The notes under the pieces: generated by a model
Databases searched by the model: none
What the model was told of the DNA's origin: nothing
What the model saw: the letters and a program-made list of their open reading frames with translations, nothing else
Shown here: positions 24,474 through 37,055 of the stretch, in pieces
Position numbering within the stretch: position 1 is the stretch's first letter
Layout: every line of letters starts with the position of its first letter
NCBI RefSeq assembly: GCF_030028105.1
Contig: NC_092391.1
Span: forward strand, 30,105,223 to 30,169,222
Direction: 5' to 3'
Source: Mobula birostris
Lineage: Eukaryota
DNA length: 64,000 nt
Made by a program: the position numbers and the translations under genes

Positions 24474-25383
24474 ATGGGCTGAAAAATGGTAGATGGAATT
24501 TAATGCAGACTAGTATGAGGTGTTGCACTTTGGGAGGACAAACCAGGGTGGGACTTCCACGCTGAGCAGTAGGGGATGGAGGACTGCAGGACAGAGGGAT
24601 CCAGGAATACAGATTCATAATTCCTTGGAAGTGGCATCACAGGTCAATAGGGTCCTAAAGAAAGTTTCTGGCACACTGCTGTTTGCTGGAATTCTTTTCT
24701 GCATCTTGTGGCACATCGAGTGGCAACCTTGCCGTTTCTTTGGCATTTTTGTCTGTTTTTTTTTTATGAGGCTGAGTTGGTAACTTGACACTCAACCCAG
24801 AATGGATAAAAAGTGTGTAAGGAACCAGCCGGATTCAAACCGGGGACTACTCACTTTGAAGTCTGGTGCAGATGCCACAGCCTCACCGAAAAATGTCAGT
24901 AAGATTGAAAGAGTTCAGAGAAAATTTACAAGGATGTTTCCAGAACTTGAGGGCCTGAGTTATAGAGAAAGGCTGAAGAGGTTAGGACTTTATTCCTTAG
25001 AATGTAGAAGACTGAGGGGAGATCTGATAGGGGTGTACAAAATTATTAGGGGTATAGATTGGGTTAATGCAAGCAGGCTTTTTCCACTGAGGTTGGGTGA
25101 GACTGGAGCTAGAGGTCAGGAGTTAAGGGTAAAAGTTGAAATTTTTAAGGGGAACAGGAAGCTTCTTCACTCAGAGGGTTATGAGGGTGTGGAACGAGCT
25201 GCCAGAGGAATTAGTGGATATTGGTTCAATTTCAGAATTTAAGAGAAATTTGGAGAAGTACATGGATGGGAGGGTTATGGAAGTGCACGGGTACAGGTTA
25301 GATGGGCAGATTAGTTCAGCACAGACTAGATGGGCCAAAGGGCCTGTTTCCTTGCTATAATGTTCTATGACTACGACTCTATG
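24474..25383 (+). mobile_element. CR1 LINE 3' fragment interrupted by a SINE
   Basis: LHFGRTNQG...; KIERVQRKFTRMFPELEGLSYRERLKRLGLYSLECRRLRGDLI; tail ctatgactacgactctatga. Confidence 0.9.
24678..24888 (-). mobile_element. tRNA-derived SINE, same family as 27575..27779
   Basis: Reverse complement aligns by eye with 27575..27779 (ggcatc.gcacc.gac.t..a.g...ggttcgaatc...ggttgagtgtcaag). Confidence 0.8.
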
Positions 25384-26969
25384 AACCGATTGGTATGGAA
25401 TCTCCTTCCACACCTCTGCCTCCTCCCCCCCCCCACCCACCCACCCCTTTTGGCAAAGAATGGAGGAATATGGACATGTGTACACAGAAGGGATTTAGTT
25501 TAATTTCCTAATGTGTTCAGCACAGATATTATGGGACGAAGGGCCTGTTCCTGTGATGTTCTGTTCTAAGAAACCAGTTGCATTGGTTAATTGTGGATTT
25601 TAAATACAAGGACTTAAATCATTCAGCATTTAAACACCTGAACAGCCAGGTCACTGCGAAGGCCAATCATTTGAAGTTGCTTGTTCCTCTTGAATAAGTT
25701 GCTGTCATTCAAGAACTCATAAACAACAATACTGTACTAGATTTTGCTGTGAGCTCTGCCAACACTATGTGTTAGCCTGCTTCAGTAAATTTGATAGGCA
25801 GCAAGGGCATTAAAATTCACCAGCAAAGCTGTTACTGCCACAATATTCTCCAGAACCCGAAGTACAGACTTGGAAAAAAAGGACATTACATGTGGCAATG
25901 GGTGCCTGTAGCTGCAAAACCTCCCAATTTTTTTTCTCTGACAGTGAGGAATGTAATTTTTGTAGTCTGGACTATTTTACTGCATTTAAAGTTGTCAGAA
26001 AGTACAGGCCTCGTGTAAATCATGAGCACATCTATATGTACAATAGCTCATTGAATGTTTGACAATAAACAAGATTGACAATTTGCCACATACCTGAATC
26101 CATCTCTCATCTGACTTCCACTCAGATGCTTCCACACTTCCTTTAGACTGAATCAATCAATGTCTGGCATTAACATACACATCCTTCAGACTGAAACAAT
26201 CGATCTGAACTCCCACTGCTAGAATCAACTGATAGCCAGCGTGATAATGTTATTACTGATGGATTTCATCCAACTGATTATTAAACAGACTTCTCTGAAT
26301 GCGACAGTTGGTACTTCATTGTTGTTTACAACCATTTTAATCTCAAATACCTTACTACTTTTATTCATCAGTGACAATGATTAAAATAACCCCACCCCCA
26401 CCAAATCCTCCAGAAGTATATGCCAATTGCAAATAAAGGATACACATTTTGAACAGTTTGGTGTAAGCTGGACAAAGCTGTAGGAAAACTGTCTATTAAT
26501 ATTTCTCTGCATTCTCTCCTTTCCGCGTCCCACCTAAATTTCTAGCTTCTGTTCGAGATAAGTTCCTTTCAGAGAAGGTCCATAAAATCTCTGGTTTTAA
26601 AAGCAGAACAAAAAGTATTTGATGCCAGAAATTAGACCAAGGAAGAAAAAAATAAAATGCTCTCAAAACAATTTGTCAGTCAACCTGCATCTATGAAAAA
26701 CATAAACAGGATTATGTTTTAGGTGCTAACTAAAAAATGTGAAGTTGTCCTTCCCCAGATATGCCTGAATAATAGGTCTTTCTAGCACAGTGTTTCTTCG
26801 GTCAATAGCTATAAAAATCTTTATTTTCTACTTGATTTGGAGATTGGATTTCTTCAACAGCTTTCTCACTGATCAGCCCGTTGAAGACCAGGGATTTGTG
26901 GAACAGACCGCTAAATGATTTAAAGTGTCAAACAGATGATAAACTCCTTGGGTAATGCTACACTAGAAT

Positions 26970-28270
26970 GGTAGTGCTAGCTAATTGATAGGAGTGTTGT
27001 CTTTGAATCAGGCTCTGTGTTCAGTTCGTCCACCAAATACTTAAGGACAGAAATCATGTTTGACACTCGACTGAGAGGATAAAAATTTTAAAAATACTGC
27101 AGGTGCTGGAAATGTAAAATAAAACTAAAAATGCTGTTAATACTCAGCAAATCAGACTGCATCAGTTGAAGAAAAACATAATTAACCTTTCAGCCCTACC
27201 CTCCTGAATATTTCCAGCATTTTCTGATTTTTTAAATTTTATACTGAAGCAATGTTTCACTTAAAGAGATGTTAGATTTCTGAAGAGATATGCTCGACCA
27301 ATTTTTTTCTGCTATTATGACTCACCTTTAGCACTGTTTATGAAAGTTGCATGTCTGTTATCTCAATGGTCAGGGAGCTATCCTAATATGTATGCCAGAG
27401 CACCAAAGCACAGATTCTACTGAGCTCTGTGGTGGTTTGAGATAACCTCATGGACAAAGAGAAAGATTTAGAGAGATGTTCAAAGCTTCAAAGTGCAGTA
27501 TCCCTACTAACTCCTGGAAACCCTGGCCCATAACTATTCAAAATGGAAGAAAATTCAGGATGATATAGATCACCAGCCAGTGGTGTACTGGCATCAGCAC
27601 CGGACATTGAGGCAAATGGTCCTGGGTTCGAATCTGACCAGCCCCTTCATGCTTTCCATCCATGGTAGGTTGAGTGTCAAGCTAGCAACTCAGCCTTGAA
27701 AAAACAGACAAGTGCTAAGGAAATGGCAAAAAAAATACTGCCCAATGTGCCACAAGGTGCAAAAAGGGAACAACAACAAGAACTCGGGGCTATACATCTG
27801 GAACACACAAGAGCCCTGCATAAGCAACAGGTAGAAGGTGTCACCTCACAAGTTACTGACCCACCCACACCTGCCCAATCTGTGGAAGAGTTAGTGGATC
27901 CCACATCGAACTCATTAAACAAAGAAGCTCTTCATATATACGGCTATGACAATATACATACATTTAAAAAGGGAAATAGAACATGATCAATATTAGCAGC
28001 AGAAAATATAATAGAATGTCTCCTAAAAGTACAAAACCATAAAGTAAGCAAAAAATGTAATGACAACTATCCTGACATCCTGAAAAATATTTAATTTTCA
28101 TTCAACATTTCTAAAACACAAATTATTTGGCCTTTATCGCCATTGTTTGTGTGTACTTACAAGAGGAAAAATCTGGTTGCTGCATTTCCTATATTACAAT
28201 AGTCAAACATGGTTGAGGAGTGTTTCACTGATTGTAAAGTGCCTTGACATGATGTGAAGTGCAAATCTTT
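26970..28270 (+). mobile_element. Ancient DeuSINE-like element in pieces (26970-27310 and 28068-28270)
   Basis: The 3' piece ttgctgcatttcctatattacaatagtc...ttcactgattgtaaagtgcc...tgcaaatcttt resembles the Deu domain and tail; the 5' piece has a tRNA-like head. Younger repeats lie between. Confidence 0.55.
27575..27779 (+). mobile_element. tRNA-derived SINE with (CAA)n tail
   Basis: A box tggtgtactgg, B box ggttcgaatc, tail gaacaacaacaa. Confidence 0.8.
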
Positions 28271-31200
28271 ATTTTTTTTCATTAAAAGCATGAGTGTTGT
28301 AAAAAGAAACAAAGCAGGAATCTCCATAGGTTTGGATTCCTGGGATAAACTGAGTTAAGTTTGGAGAAGTGCAATCAGTCATCATGTCAATCCTGTGAAG
28401 ATGGAGAGGGGAACAGATTTGTATGAAGCAATGCATTTGATGCATGGGAGGTCCGACCTAGGAATGTTCCAGGGATCATTGATTAATCACTTAAACAGTT
28501 AACCTTTGCTATATTAGCTGAGGTAGAAAAAATCCTCGTTGGGTATGACTGGCTCAAGACTATGAAGAATGTTTTATTAGGCTAAATTGTTTGTAAAAGA
28601 TTTGTTACATTGGTGGGTATTATAAAATAATTTATTATCTTCAGAGCAAGAACAAAGAGACTTGCTTTATTTTAAATCTGATAGTAGACCTCCATCTTGG
28701 AATAAACATTTATATTTTAGTGCTGTGGTAGGTTCAGAGTGCATCATCCTCTGACAGGCTTCCTGATCCCTGTTATGGATTATCTGTTCCTCACAGGCCA
28801 GATTCCCTCCCTTTTTCCCAGCAGAGAAGGCCGACTGGTGCAAGCAGGTCAAGGATAATTCCCATGACCATATCCATCACTCAGTGAGAGATTTTTAACA
28901 TGATGAGTAGTACTGAAAAACTTGCCTTTACTGCTGCATGTATAGCTCTTCACTTGGCAATTATAAATGATGTGCAAATGCAAAATTACCATTACGACAC
29001 ATGGCACAAAAGAGATTAGTATTATTGGAGCTTTCCAGAATACTAGTGAAATCATATGAATTTATACTCTTTTATTACAAATAGAAGACACCTTTCTGAG
29101 CATAATCCCTAACTCAAATGTCTGAAGATTTAGATCCAGTAGTTTTCACTTGCAAATTATCTTTATTTGGACTTCCCATTATGATGTCCAGATTGCTGTT
29201 ATAATAACACTTATGAATGTGCTTGGATTTTATTTGCAAGTAATCACAGGACTGAATTTACAAGCATTTACAGGAAATAACATAATGAACTTCTCAATCT
29301 GTCACCCTCGTAACTCCCCATTGTTCCTACGCCATTAGAAAGTGACTTGCTGCTGAATTTTGTTTACAAAGCATAAAAGCTGAGTTTAATAAATTTAATA
29401 CAGCTGTGCTTAAAAGACCAAAGAGATGCAACAACTTCATTCTGTTGACTTAATATGGAAGACATACCCTGCATACATTGAAAGGACTCTAAGGTTTTGT
29501 GGTAGATTGTGTGCAGAGATGAACTTAAGAAAGAACCAGGAAGATTTTTTGTTTTTCATAATAACTGCATTTAGTTTTCCAGTAAACAGAGCTGCATAGA
29601 AAACTTAAGTAATTGTGTTAATGGACCCAAGGCAGCTGAGATGTTTGACATAGATGATAATTTCAGGAGTCAGGAATATAGATCTATAAGCAAACCAGAC
29701 ATGCTCAATCAACAAATGTGGTTAGAAAAAAGATTTACCACCTCCTTCGACAACTGTCAGTCATTTTGTTTATAGATTTATTTGGGCCCTCTACTGTCTA
29801 CATTCTCCACTACTATTTTCCTTTAAATTTGTCTTTAACATTTTGTTGATGTTTAGGGTTTTTCCAGAGCAGTTTTTGCAAGAAATCAGGCTTTGAACAA
29901 TTTCTTGTGAAATGTCTCTAATATTTATATAAGAGAGGCAACCTGCTTTAAGCAGTTGATGAATTAGCCTCATATTGTCTAAGGACAAATGTTGTTGCAG
30001 GAATGAAGTAATGTGACCATACCACAACAATTTCAATTTATATATCACCTTTAGTGTAGTAACAGATGTGAAGGAAACTCATACCCAAAGCCTGAATCAC
30101 AGTAAGAAGTGTAATAAAAATCCCCATCTGTATTTCCAAAGTCTTTTTTTATTTCATTTTATTTACTGCTAAATTTTACTCCCTCCCTTCTTTCCACAGT
30201 TGAGAGGCTGGGCAGGGTATCTGTCACAAGTTCTACAAATGATTACTGGGAATGATGTGAGAAATCTCCACATTGACTTCCATACCTTTCCCTTCCCCTG
30301 GCAAAACGTTTCATCCTCACCTGCTAATCCTTACAAAGATTTGGATTTATAGATTGGAGCATCATGCCTCCAAGGTACTCTCGAAATGAACAAGTATAGT
30401 TGGTACTGTTGTTGAATGTTGTAACATGTGATTTAGGCACCTTGATGCTGGGGCTTGAAAGCAAAATGGTTGATTCTAATTATTAGATTGCCATGCTTTG
30501 AAATAATCCTTAATGCAATTAATAATATCATTACATCATGGTACATCTATAACTTAAGAAAATCTTTCTAGAACTTTTCAGCTCATGGCAATTGTTCAGT
30601 GGCTATTTGAACTTCCATCATGGAGCTATTGAAAAACTTACTTTAGGTTAATTGCTGCTACCTCCTCTATAAGCAACAGTAATAGAACAATTAAACTAGT
30701 TACAGGGATATCAAAACAATTGACTTGGCACGTTAAAAAAGTGATAATCAGGAAAAAGGAACTAGGCTGGTAGACTTCAGACATATGTTGTGAGGTGGTA
30801 ATGCACAAGTGTCTAAGACATCTTGAATAAATTCTTCTCTCCATCACTTCAGTAGAGATATTTATTAATTTATTTTCAACATGTCAGTACCTTTACTAAG
30901 TGGTGACGAGATGGATTTCAGGTATTGTGCCTATGTTCCATTGTGTAGTTTCATGGCATATTCACACTACAAATGACATGAAGAGCTTGTTTATTTCCCC
31001 TCTAGAATGTAAACTTTTATGATACAGAAGCACAGCATGAAAAAGGAACTACAGAATGAAAACAGGATAGGTGTGCAAAGCCACAGATTTGTTTTGATAG
31101 GTCAACTAAAGCCGTGATGTAATCCCCCAGGTTTTTATCTCTTTGATTTTGTTTGAACATCTCACGTTTTAATTTGGTATCAGGAGAAGAGAGCAAACGT

Positions 31201-31395
31201 TTGCATCACTTGCTAAAGAATTGATTTCCATCATTTTAATTGCTCATTTGCTCTGCGCAAAGTCTACCCACATTTTAATTCAAATTCAAATTCTTGGAAC
31301 TGATTGCTGTATCTGTAAATGAAGCAGTTATTTTTCTGTCACTGTGACTTTAATCCCTACATAGACTATATTTCAACCTGGTCTCCCTCCTCTCT

Positions 31396-32335
31396 GGCCT
31401 GCAGATGCTGGAATCTGGAGCAACATAAAAAGAGTTGGAAGAACTCTGTGGTTAAGAAAGTATACAGTGCATTGGCCTTCATCAATGGTAGGATTGAGTT
31501 TAGGAGCCAAGAGGTAATGCTGCAGCTATATAGGACCCTCGTAAGACCCTACTTGGAGTACTTGCTCAGTTCTGGTCGCCTCACCGTAGGAAGGATGTGG
31601 AAACCATAGAAAGGGTGCAGAGGAGATTTACAAGGATGTTGCCTGGATTGGGGAGCATGCCTTATGAGAACAGGTTGAGTGAACTCAGCCTTTTTTCTGT
31701 GGAGCGACAGAGGATGAGAGGTGACCTGATAGAGGTGTATAAGATGATGAGAGGCACTGATTGTGTGGATAGTCAGAGGCTTTTTCCCAGGACTGAAATG
31801 GCTGGCACAAGAGGCATAGTTTTACGGTGCTTGGAAGTAGTTACAGAGGAGAGGTCAGGGGTAAGTTTTTTATGCAGACAGTGGTAAGTGCTTGGAATGG
31901 GCTGCCAGCAACGGTGGAACGGTGGTGGAGGCAGATACAATAGGGTCTTTTAAGAGACTCCTGGGCAGGTACATGGAGCTCAGAAAAATAGAGGGCTATT
32001 GGTAACCCTAGGTAATTTCACAGGTAAGGACATGCTCAGCACAGCTTTGTGGGCCGAAGGGCCTGTATTGTGGCTGTAGGTTTTCTATGTTTCTACGTTT
32101 TTTAATTCAACAATCAGGAAGCAATACGAATGGAAGTGGACAGTCAATGTTTTGGGCTGAGAGCCTTCATCCAGACGCAGAAATGCAAAAGAACAGAAAT
32201 ATATAAACAGAAGATGGTGAAAACGCTCAGCAATTCAGAGATCATCTGTGGAAACTGTTTCTCAGATGCTGCCAGGCCTATTGAATTGTCCAGTATTTTC
32301 TGTTTTATTTCAGATTTTCAGCAAACTGTAGCTTC
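31396..32335. repeat. Palindromic Penelope-terminus doublet split by a CR1 insertion
   Basis: ctgcagatgctggaatctggagcaac...gaactc stops at ~31446, resumes at ~32105, and the inverted arm is at ~32250-32335. Confidence 0.6.
31447..32097 (+). mobile_element. CR1 LINE 3' fragment
   Basis: VVKKVYSALAFI...LYRTLVRPYLEY; IERVQRRFTRMLPGL...RMRGDLIEVYK; tail ttctatgtttctacgttt. Confidence 0.9.
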
Positions 32336-33054
32336 TTAATTCTCCTTTGCTGAGGGTATTGTGATGCTGATTCACCATGAGTGACATGGGTCTAGAACAT
32401 GTATTGTACCTGATAGTGCACAGGAGAGGGGACTTGTGAAAGCAGTTTCCTTCTGCGGCCAATGTACAAGAAACTATGTATATAAGCAGTTCACCTCGCG
32501 CTGCTTCTCCCAGTGCATTCATCTGGGTTTTTACATTTTTTACGATATGTACAGGAAGATATAAAATACCAGAGTGATCTGCCTCAGGAGATCTTAAAGT
32601 GGTGAATCTAAAGTGGAATTGCTGGTTCATCTGTTCTCAGCCAAAAGTCCCACATCAAAGAGGTGGGATTGAGACAAAGGCAGGCAACCAACATCTCTGT
32701 CAGATGATTGCACACCATTGTAACAGAGGTAACCATACAGGAAAAACATCAGAGTGAATGGGGACCTGTCCTCAAGGAAAAAATGAAGTCTTACCTTCAC
32801 CCATGAGAAATTCTGATCCATTGGTGAGGATTCCATGGTGGGCTTCTATGATAAACTGCCCAGGAGAGTCTCAGTAGGACTGTGTGCTTTTAGACTCAAG
32901 CAGGCCCTCATCCTCCTGAAGGTCTATTCTTGCAATGGACCCTTCAGCATGTATTCATGCTCCAACACTAATGTCATCACTGCACGTCCAACAGCCTCCA
33001 TGCAGAGGAATATCGCATGCATTGGAACCTGTGATTCAATCTTGCATTGCAATT

Positions 33055-33370
33055 GGGGCAGCCCAGTACCTTCGCGGTTAGTGCAATACTTTTATAGCTC
33101 TGGTGACAAATCAATCAGAGTTCAATTCCCACAGCAGTCTGTCAGGATATGATACATTTTCTCTCTGATTTTCCCCTGGGTGCTCCCAGATTCCAAGGAC
33201 ATACAGTTAAGGTTTGGGTGAGTGAGTTGGGGCATGTTATGCTGTTGCTGGAAGCATGGCGACAGCTGTGGGCTGGTCCCACCATAGGGCCTGGACTCTG
33301 TTGTTTGCTGATGGAAATGACACATTTCACTGCATGTTTTGATGCTTCGATGTACTTGTGATAAATATAA
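33055..33370 (+). mobile_element. tRNA-derived V-SINE-like element with L2/Rex-like tail
   Basis: Head gcggttagtgcaatac...gagttcaattccc; tail catttcactgcatgttttgatg...gtgataaata. Confidence 0.65.
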
Positions 33371-33374
33371 ATAT

Positions 33375-33615
33375 TTACTTATTCATTGAGATACAGTGTG
33401 GAACAGGCCCCTCCAGCCCCTTGAGGCATGCCGCCCTTATTTAATCACGGGATGATTTACAATGACCACTTAACCTACCAACTGGTATGCCTTTGGATTG
33501 TGGGAGGAAACCGAAGCACCAGAAGGAAATCCCCACGGTCACGAGAGAGTGGCGGGAATTGAACCTAGATCGCTGTACTGTAAAGCATTGTGCCAACCAC
33601 TACGTTGCCATTCCA
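33375..33615 (-). mobile_element. V-SINE, same family as 3277..3548
   Basis: tgtgggaggaaaccgaagcaccagaaggaaatcccc; tail-to-tail with the preceding SINE. Confidence 0.8.
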
Positions 33616-34099
33616 CCCTCAATCTAATCTGGTTTATTTCTTAATCTCATTGTAAACCATTGCAGAAGAGTCTGTTGCATTTCACAATCAAATTTCTGCT
33701 TCAACTTGTTCTTTTATTTCATTAGAAATCTATAGTACCATCCTCCATGACATCATGGAGTTCCGAATTAGTATTTATACAGAAATGGCATACATTCACC
33801 AGGATATATATATTGTTCCCATTACATCAATTATGTATCATCAAGCATTAAGTGAGAAATTTATGACATGGCAAAAGGATTAATCAATGTGAAATGTATA
33901 GCTTTTGCCTTTAAAAATCACTGATGTCCCTTGGTACTGTTCTCAAATTATCTGTGACCTGAAGATGTGAGAGTTAATAGGCTCACAACAGCTGGTCTTA
34001 GGGCCAACACTTTACAAAGCAGATGTTGATGACAGGAGAAGGAAAGAATATTTGCATGAAATTTAGAATGCCGTTGATTTTCAAGGGGACAAAATGGTC

Positions 34100-34400
34100 C
34101 AGTTAAGGACTTACACCTTCAGGCTTCTGTCAAAAGTATCTGGCAGCATTTTGCACAGTGAACAAAGTGCAAAGGCAAGATTGAGGACAGCAGTCTTGAG
34201 TTCCTACAGACAAGCAGTGAGCTGAATGGTTATTTAAAGAATTCTGTTGCTATTAGATGAGGGAGGAGTGTTATCCCAACATGCAATCCTTTGAATAGTG
34301 CAATGGATCCTCAAACATCTGAAGACAAGATGTGTGGAGTTGTTTTACATCTAAAACAGCATCCTCAAGATTACTCTTCGACTTAGTTTATGCACAGGTC
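34100..34400 (-). mobile_element. Highly degraded DeuSINE-like relic
   Basis: gatgagggaggagtgtt...cctttgaatagtgcaatggatc...acatctaaaacagcatcctc parallels the 4912..5758 element. Confidence 0.4.
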
Positions 34401-34619
34401 CTCCCCAGCAGACGTAAATACAGCTTATACATGCAACCGAGTCTCTGGGAGATCACTGGAATGGATCTGCCTGGTGCTCTGGTGGTGGGAACTACAGGCG
34501 TCTCTGCGTGTGTGAGCTCAGTTTATGGCTGGATTTCTGACCCTTCTCCAATTTGGGGAGGACCTTTGCTCAGATCCTGGTGAGATTGTCAAAGCTGCAT
34601 TTGAGTCAAGGAGTACAAG

Positions 34620-34920
34620 AACAACAAAATAAAGGCCATTTAGCTCAGTGAGTCCATTTCAAGTAGAAACTACCCATTAACACCAATCTGACATTAATGT
34701 CATTTAAAAAAAATTCTCCCTAAATTCCCCCCAATTTACCTGAGATCCTGCCACTCACCCTCATACCAGGGCAAGTTATACAGGGCAATTAACCAATCAA
34801 CCTCCACAGCTTTGGGATATGGCACATACATTTCCAGGGAGGACAAGGAAACACCACACAGAAAGTACAGTGGCGGGCGTTAAGATCGAACTTCATTCTT
34901 TGGGGTTTTGAGTCAGCATT
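34620..34920 (-). mobile_element. Degraded V-SINE
   Basis: cagggcaattaaccaatcaacctccacagctttgggatatgg...gggaggacaaggaaacaccacacag. Confidence 0.55.
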
Positions 34921-35077
34921 GTGATGTTCCATATACTCTGCTATTTAAAAGTCTTTACAGTTCAGGCTATTTTAATGGCTTCACATGGACTTTGCCTTCT
35001 CAATTCATTCAACAAAAATAACAGTTTTAGATACGGACATAAGGAATACAAACAATTTTCAAACAATCTTGGAATTT

Positions 35078-35298
35078 TAGAGCAATGCACACAAATGCTG
35101 GAGGGACTCAGAATGTCAGGTAGCACCTATGGACAAAGCAGGCAACAGGCTTCTCTTTGGGCTGAGACCCTTCATCTTTAGGATTCGGCCCAAACGATGA
35201 CTATTTATTCTCCTCCTGAGGTGCTGTGCTGACCTGCTGAGCTCCCCCATCATTCTGTGCAAGTTGCTCAATATTTCCAGCATCTGCAGGACCTCTTG
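35078..35298. repeat. Palindromic Penelope-terminus doublet
   Basis: gagcaatgcacacaaatgctggagggactcag ... ctgagctcccccatcattctgtgcaagttgctc, with two overlapping decayed hammerhead halves at the centre. Confidence 0.7.
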
Positions 35299-35907
35299 CA
35301 TTTGAAGTTCTTGAGTGCAGCAGCTTTATAGAGCTATAATAAATGTTAGAGCCAACCATAACCACACACCTCTGGCGATGCAAGGAAAGTGCTACGAAGC
35401 TTCTGTTACGTTGCTGCCCGTCACAGCACTAGTGTCCACACCCCTCACTGGACCATGTTGAGCAGAGAGAGGCTAATGCAGAAGCAACTGCAGATTCTCG
35501 GCTCAGAAGAAAATTGGGAGAAGATTTTCTCTGTACTTCTGCGGGTACTCATATTGTTGGCAGGGAGCAATGAGCCAGAAGCCAGATAGGCAAGGAGGGA
35601 TAGTAACAGTATGCTCCCACAGCAGAAAAGCAACAGATTGTTTCAGAGTGGTTGCTTTGATACAAATTCAGCTCAAGGGATCTCCCATTTGTTGACAGAG
35701 TTGTAAAGAAAGCCTTTTCACTACCTCAACAGAACACCTATTAACTAATGCAGTATTTCTGAAGTGTTGTAACATTAGAAGCATAGACAATCTATGCAAG
35801 ATCCCATAAAAAATGACAAAATGAAATTTTTTATGTACTGAAAACACAAGACACTGGAAATATTCTGGCAGCAACTGTAGAAAGAACAAGTCTGGGACCT
35901 CCTAGAG

Positions 35908-35968
35908 CAGAGGTTCTGGTTGCTTAATGGTGCTAGTCCACGGCATAAAAAAATTTTGGGAACCCCTG
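35908..35968. mobile_element. 61-bp hAT (Charlie-like) micro-MITE
   Basis: Termini cagaggtt / aacccctg; 8-bp TSD tcctagag (35900-35907) and tcctcgag (35969-35976). Confidence 0.75.
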
Positions 35969-35999
35969 TCCTCGAGTGAGAAACAGGAAATAAAAAAAA

Positions 36000-36725
36000 G
36001 CAGGAATGCAGTAGAAGAGAGGGATCTAGGAATAATGGAGCATAGTTCCCTGAAGGTGGAATCTCATGTGGATAGGGTGGTGAAGAAAGCTTTTGGTAGC
36101 TGGCCTTTATAATTCAGAGCATCGATTATAGGTGTTGGGATGTAATTTTGAAATTGTACAAGGCATTGGTAAGGCCAAATTTGGAGTATTGTGTATAGTT
36201 CTGGTCACCAAATTATAGGAAAGATGTCAAAAAAATTGAGAGAGTACAGAGAAGATTTACTGGAGTCTTACCTGGGTTTCATCTCCTAAGTTACAGAGAA
36301 AGGTTGAACAAGTTGGGTCTTTATTCTTTGGAGTGTAGAAGGTTGAAGGGGGACTTGATAGAGGTATTTAAGATTATGAGGGGGATAGATAGAGTTGACA
36401 TGGATAGGCTTTTTCCATCGAGAGTGGGGGAGATTCAAACAAGAGGACATGAGTTGAGAGTTAAAGGGCAAAAGTTTAGGGGTAACATGAGGGGGAACTT
36501 CTTTACTCAGAGAGTGGTAGCTGTGTGGAACGAGCTTCCAGCAGAAGTGGTTGAGGCAGGTTCGACGTTGTCATTCAAAGTTAAATTGGATAGCTATATG
36601 GACAAGAAAGGAATGGAGGGTTATGGGGTAAGTGCAGGTTGGTGGGACTAGGTGAGAATAAGAGTTCAGCACGGACTAGAAGGGGCGAGATGGCCTGTTT
36701 CTGTGGTGTGATTGTTATATGGTTA
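36000..36725 (+). mobile_element. CR1 LINE 3' fragment
   Basis: ORF 36304..36651 LGLYSLECRRLKGDLIEVFKIMRG...TRGH...FFTQRVVAVWNELP; tail gttatatggttat. Confidence 0.9.
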
Positions 36726-36829
36726 TAAATAAGCTGGTGTTGGGTAGCAGAGAAGGTGGGGAAGGGTTGGGTAGAACACACGGAATATCTCTCATAGGGT
36801 GAGAGCAAATAGGTTCATGGAGACAGAGT

Positions 36830-37055
36830 CAGAGTGGCATACAGGATGGGAAAATACTCTTCAGTCTGTTGAGTCCCTGCCAACTATCAGCCACTAATTC
36901 CTTTCTATTTTCCCCTCATGCCCATTAACCCTCCCCAGACTGCACCACTCACAAATGCCAGAGGCAATTGCAGTGGTCAACCAACCCTCAAGTCTTGGGA
37001 TGTGGCAGGAAACCCACCCAGTCACAAGGAGAAGGTGCAAACCCCACACGGGAGG
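36830..37055 (-). mobile_element. Degraded V-SINE
   Basis: tgggatgtggcaggaaacccacccagtcacaaggagaaggtgcaaaccccacac. Confidence 0.6.

Noticed and set aside
27575-27645. tRNA-like A/B boxes (also near 3500, 9480 and 33070)
   Set aside because: These are heads of SINEs with attached bodies and tails; no complete cloverleaf.
28320-28580. Possible ancient SINE remnant
   Set aside because: Only patchy similarity to a recalled consensus; not supportable without a profile search.
30190-30355. Good acceptor-like tract (tttccacag at ~30199) followed by an open frame
   Set aside because: The translation has no similarity to PAPPA or any protein I recognise, and there is no clear donor.
32357-32368. 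tattgtgatgct (YCDA) resembling the PAPPA LNR3 exon
   Set aside because: In-frame stops on both sides and no other matching residues.
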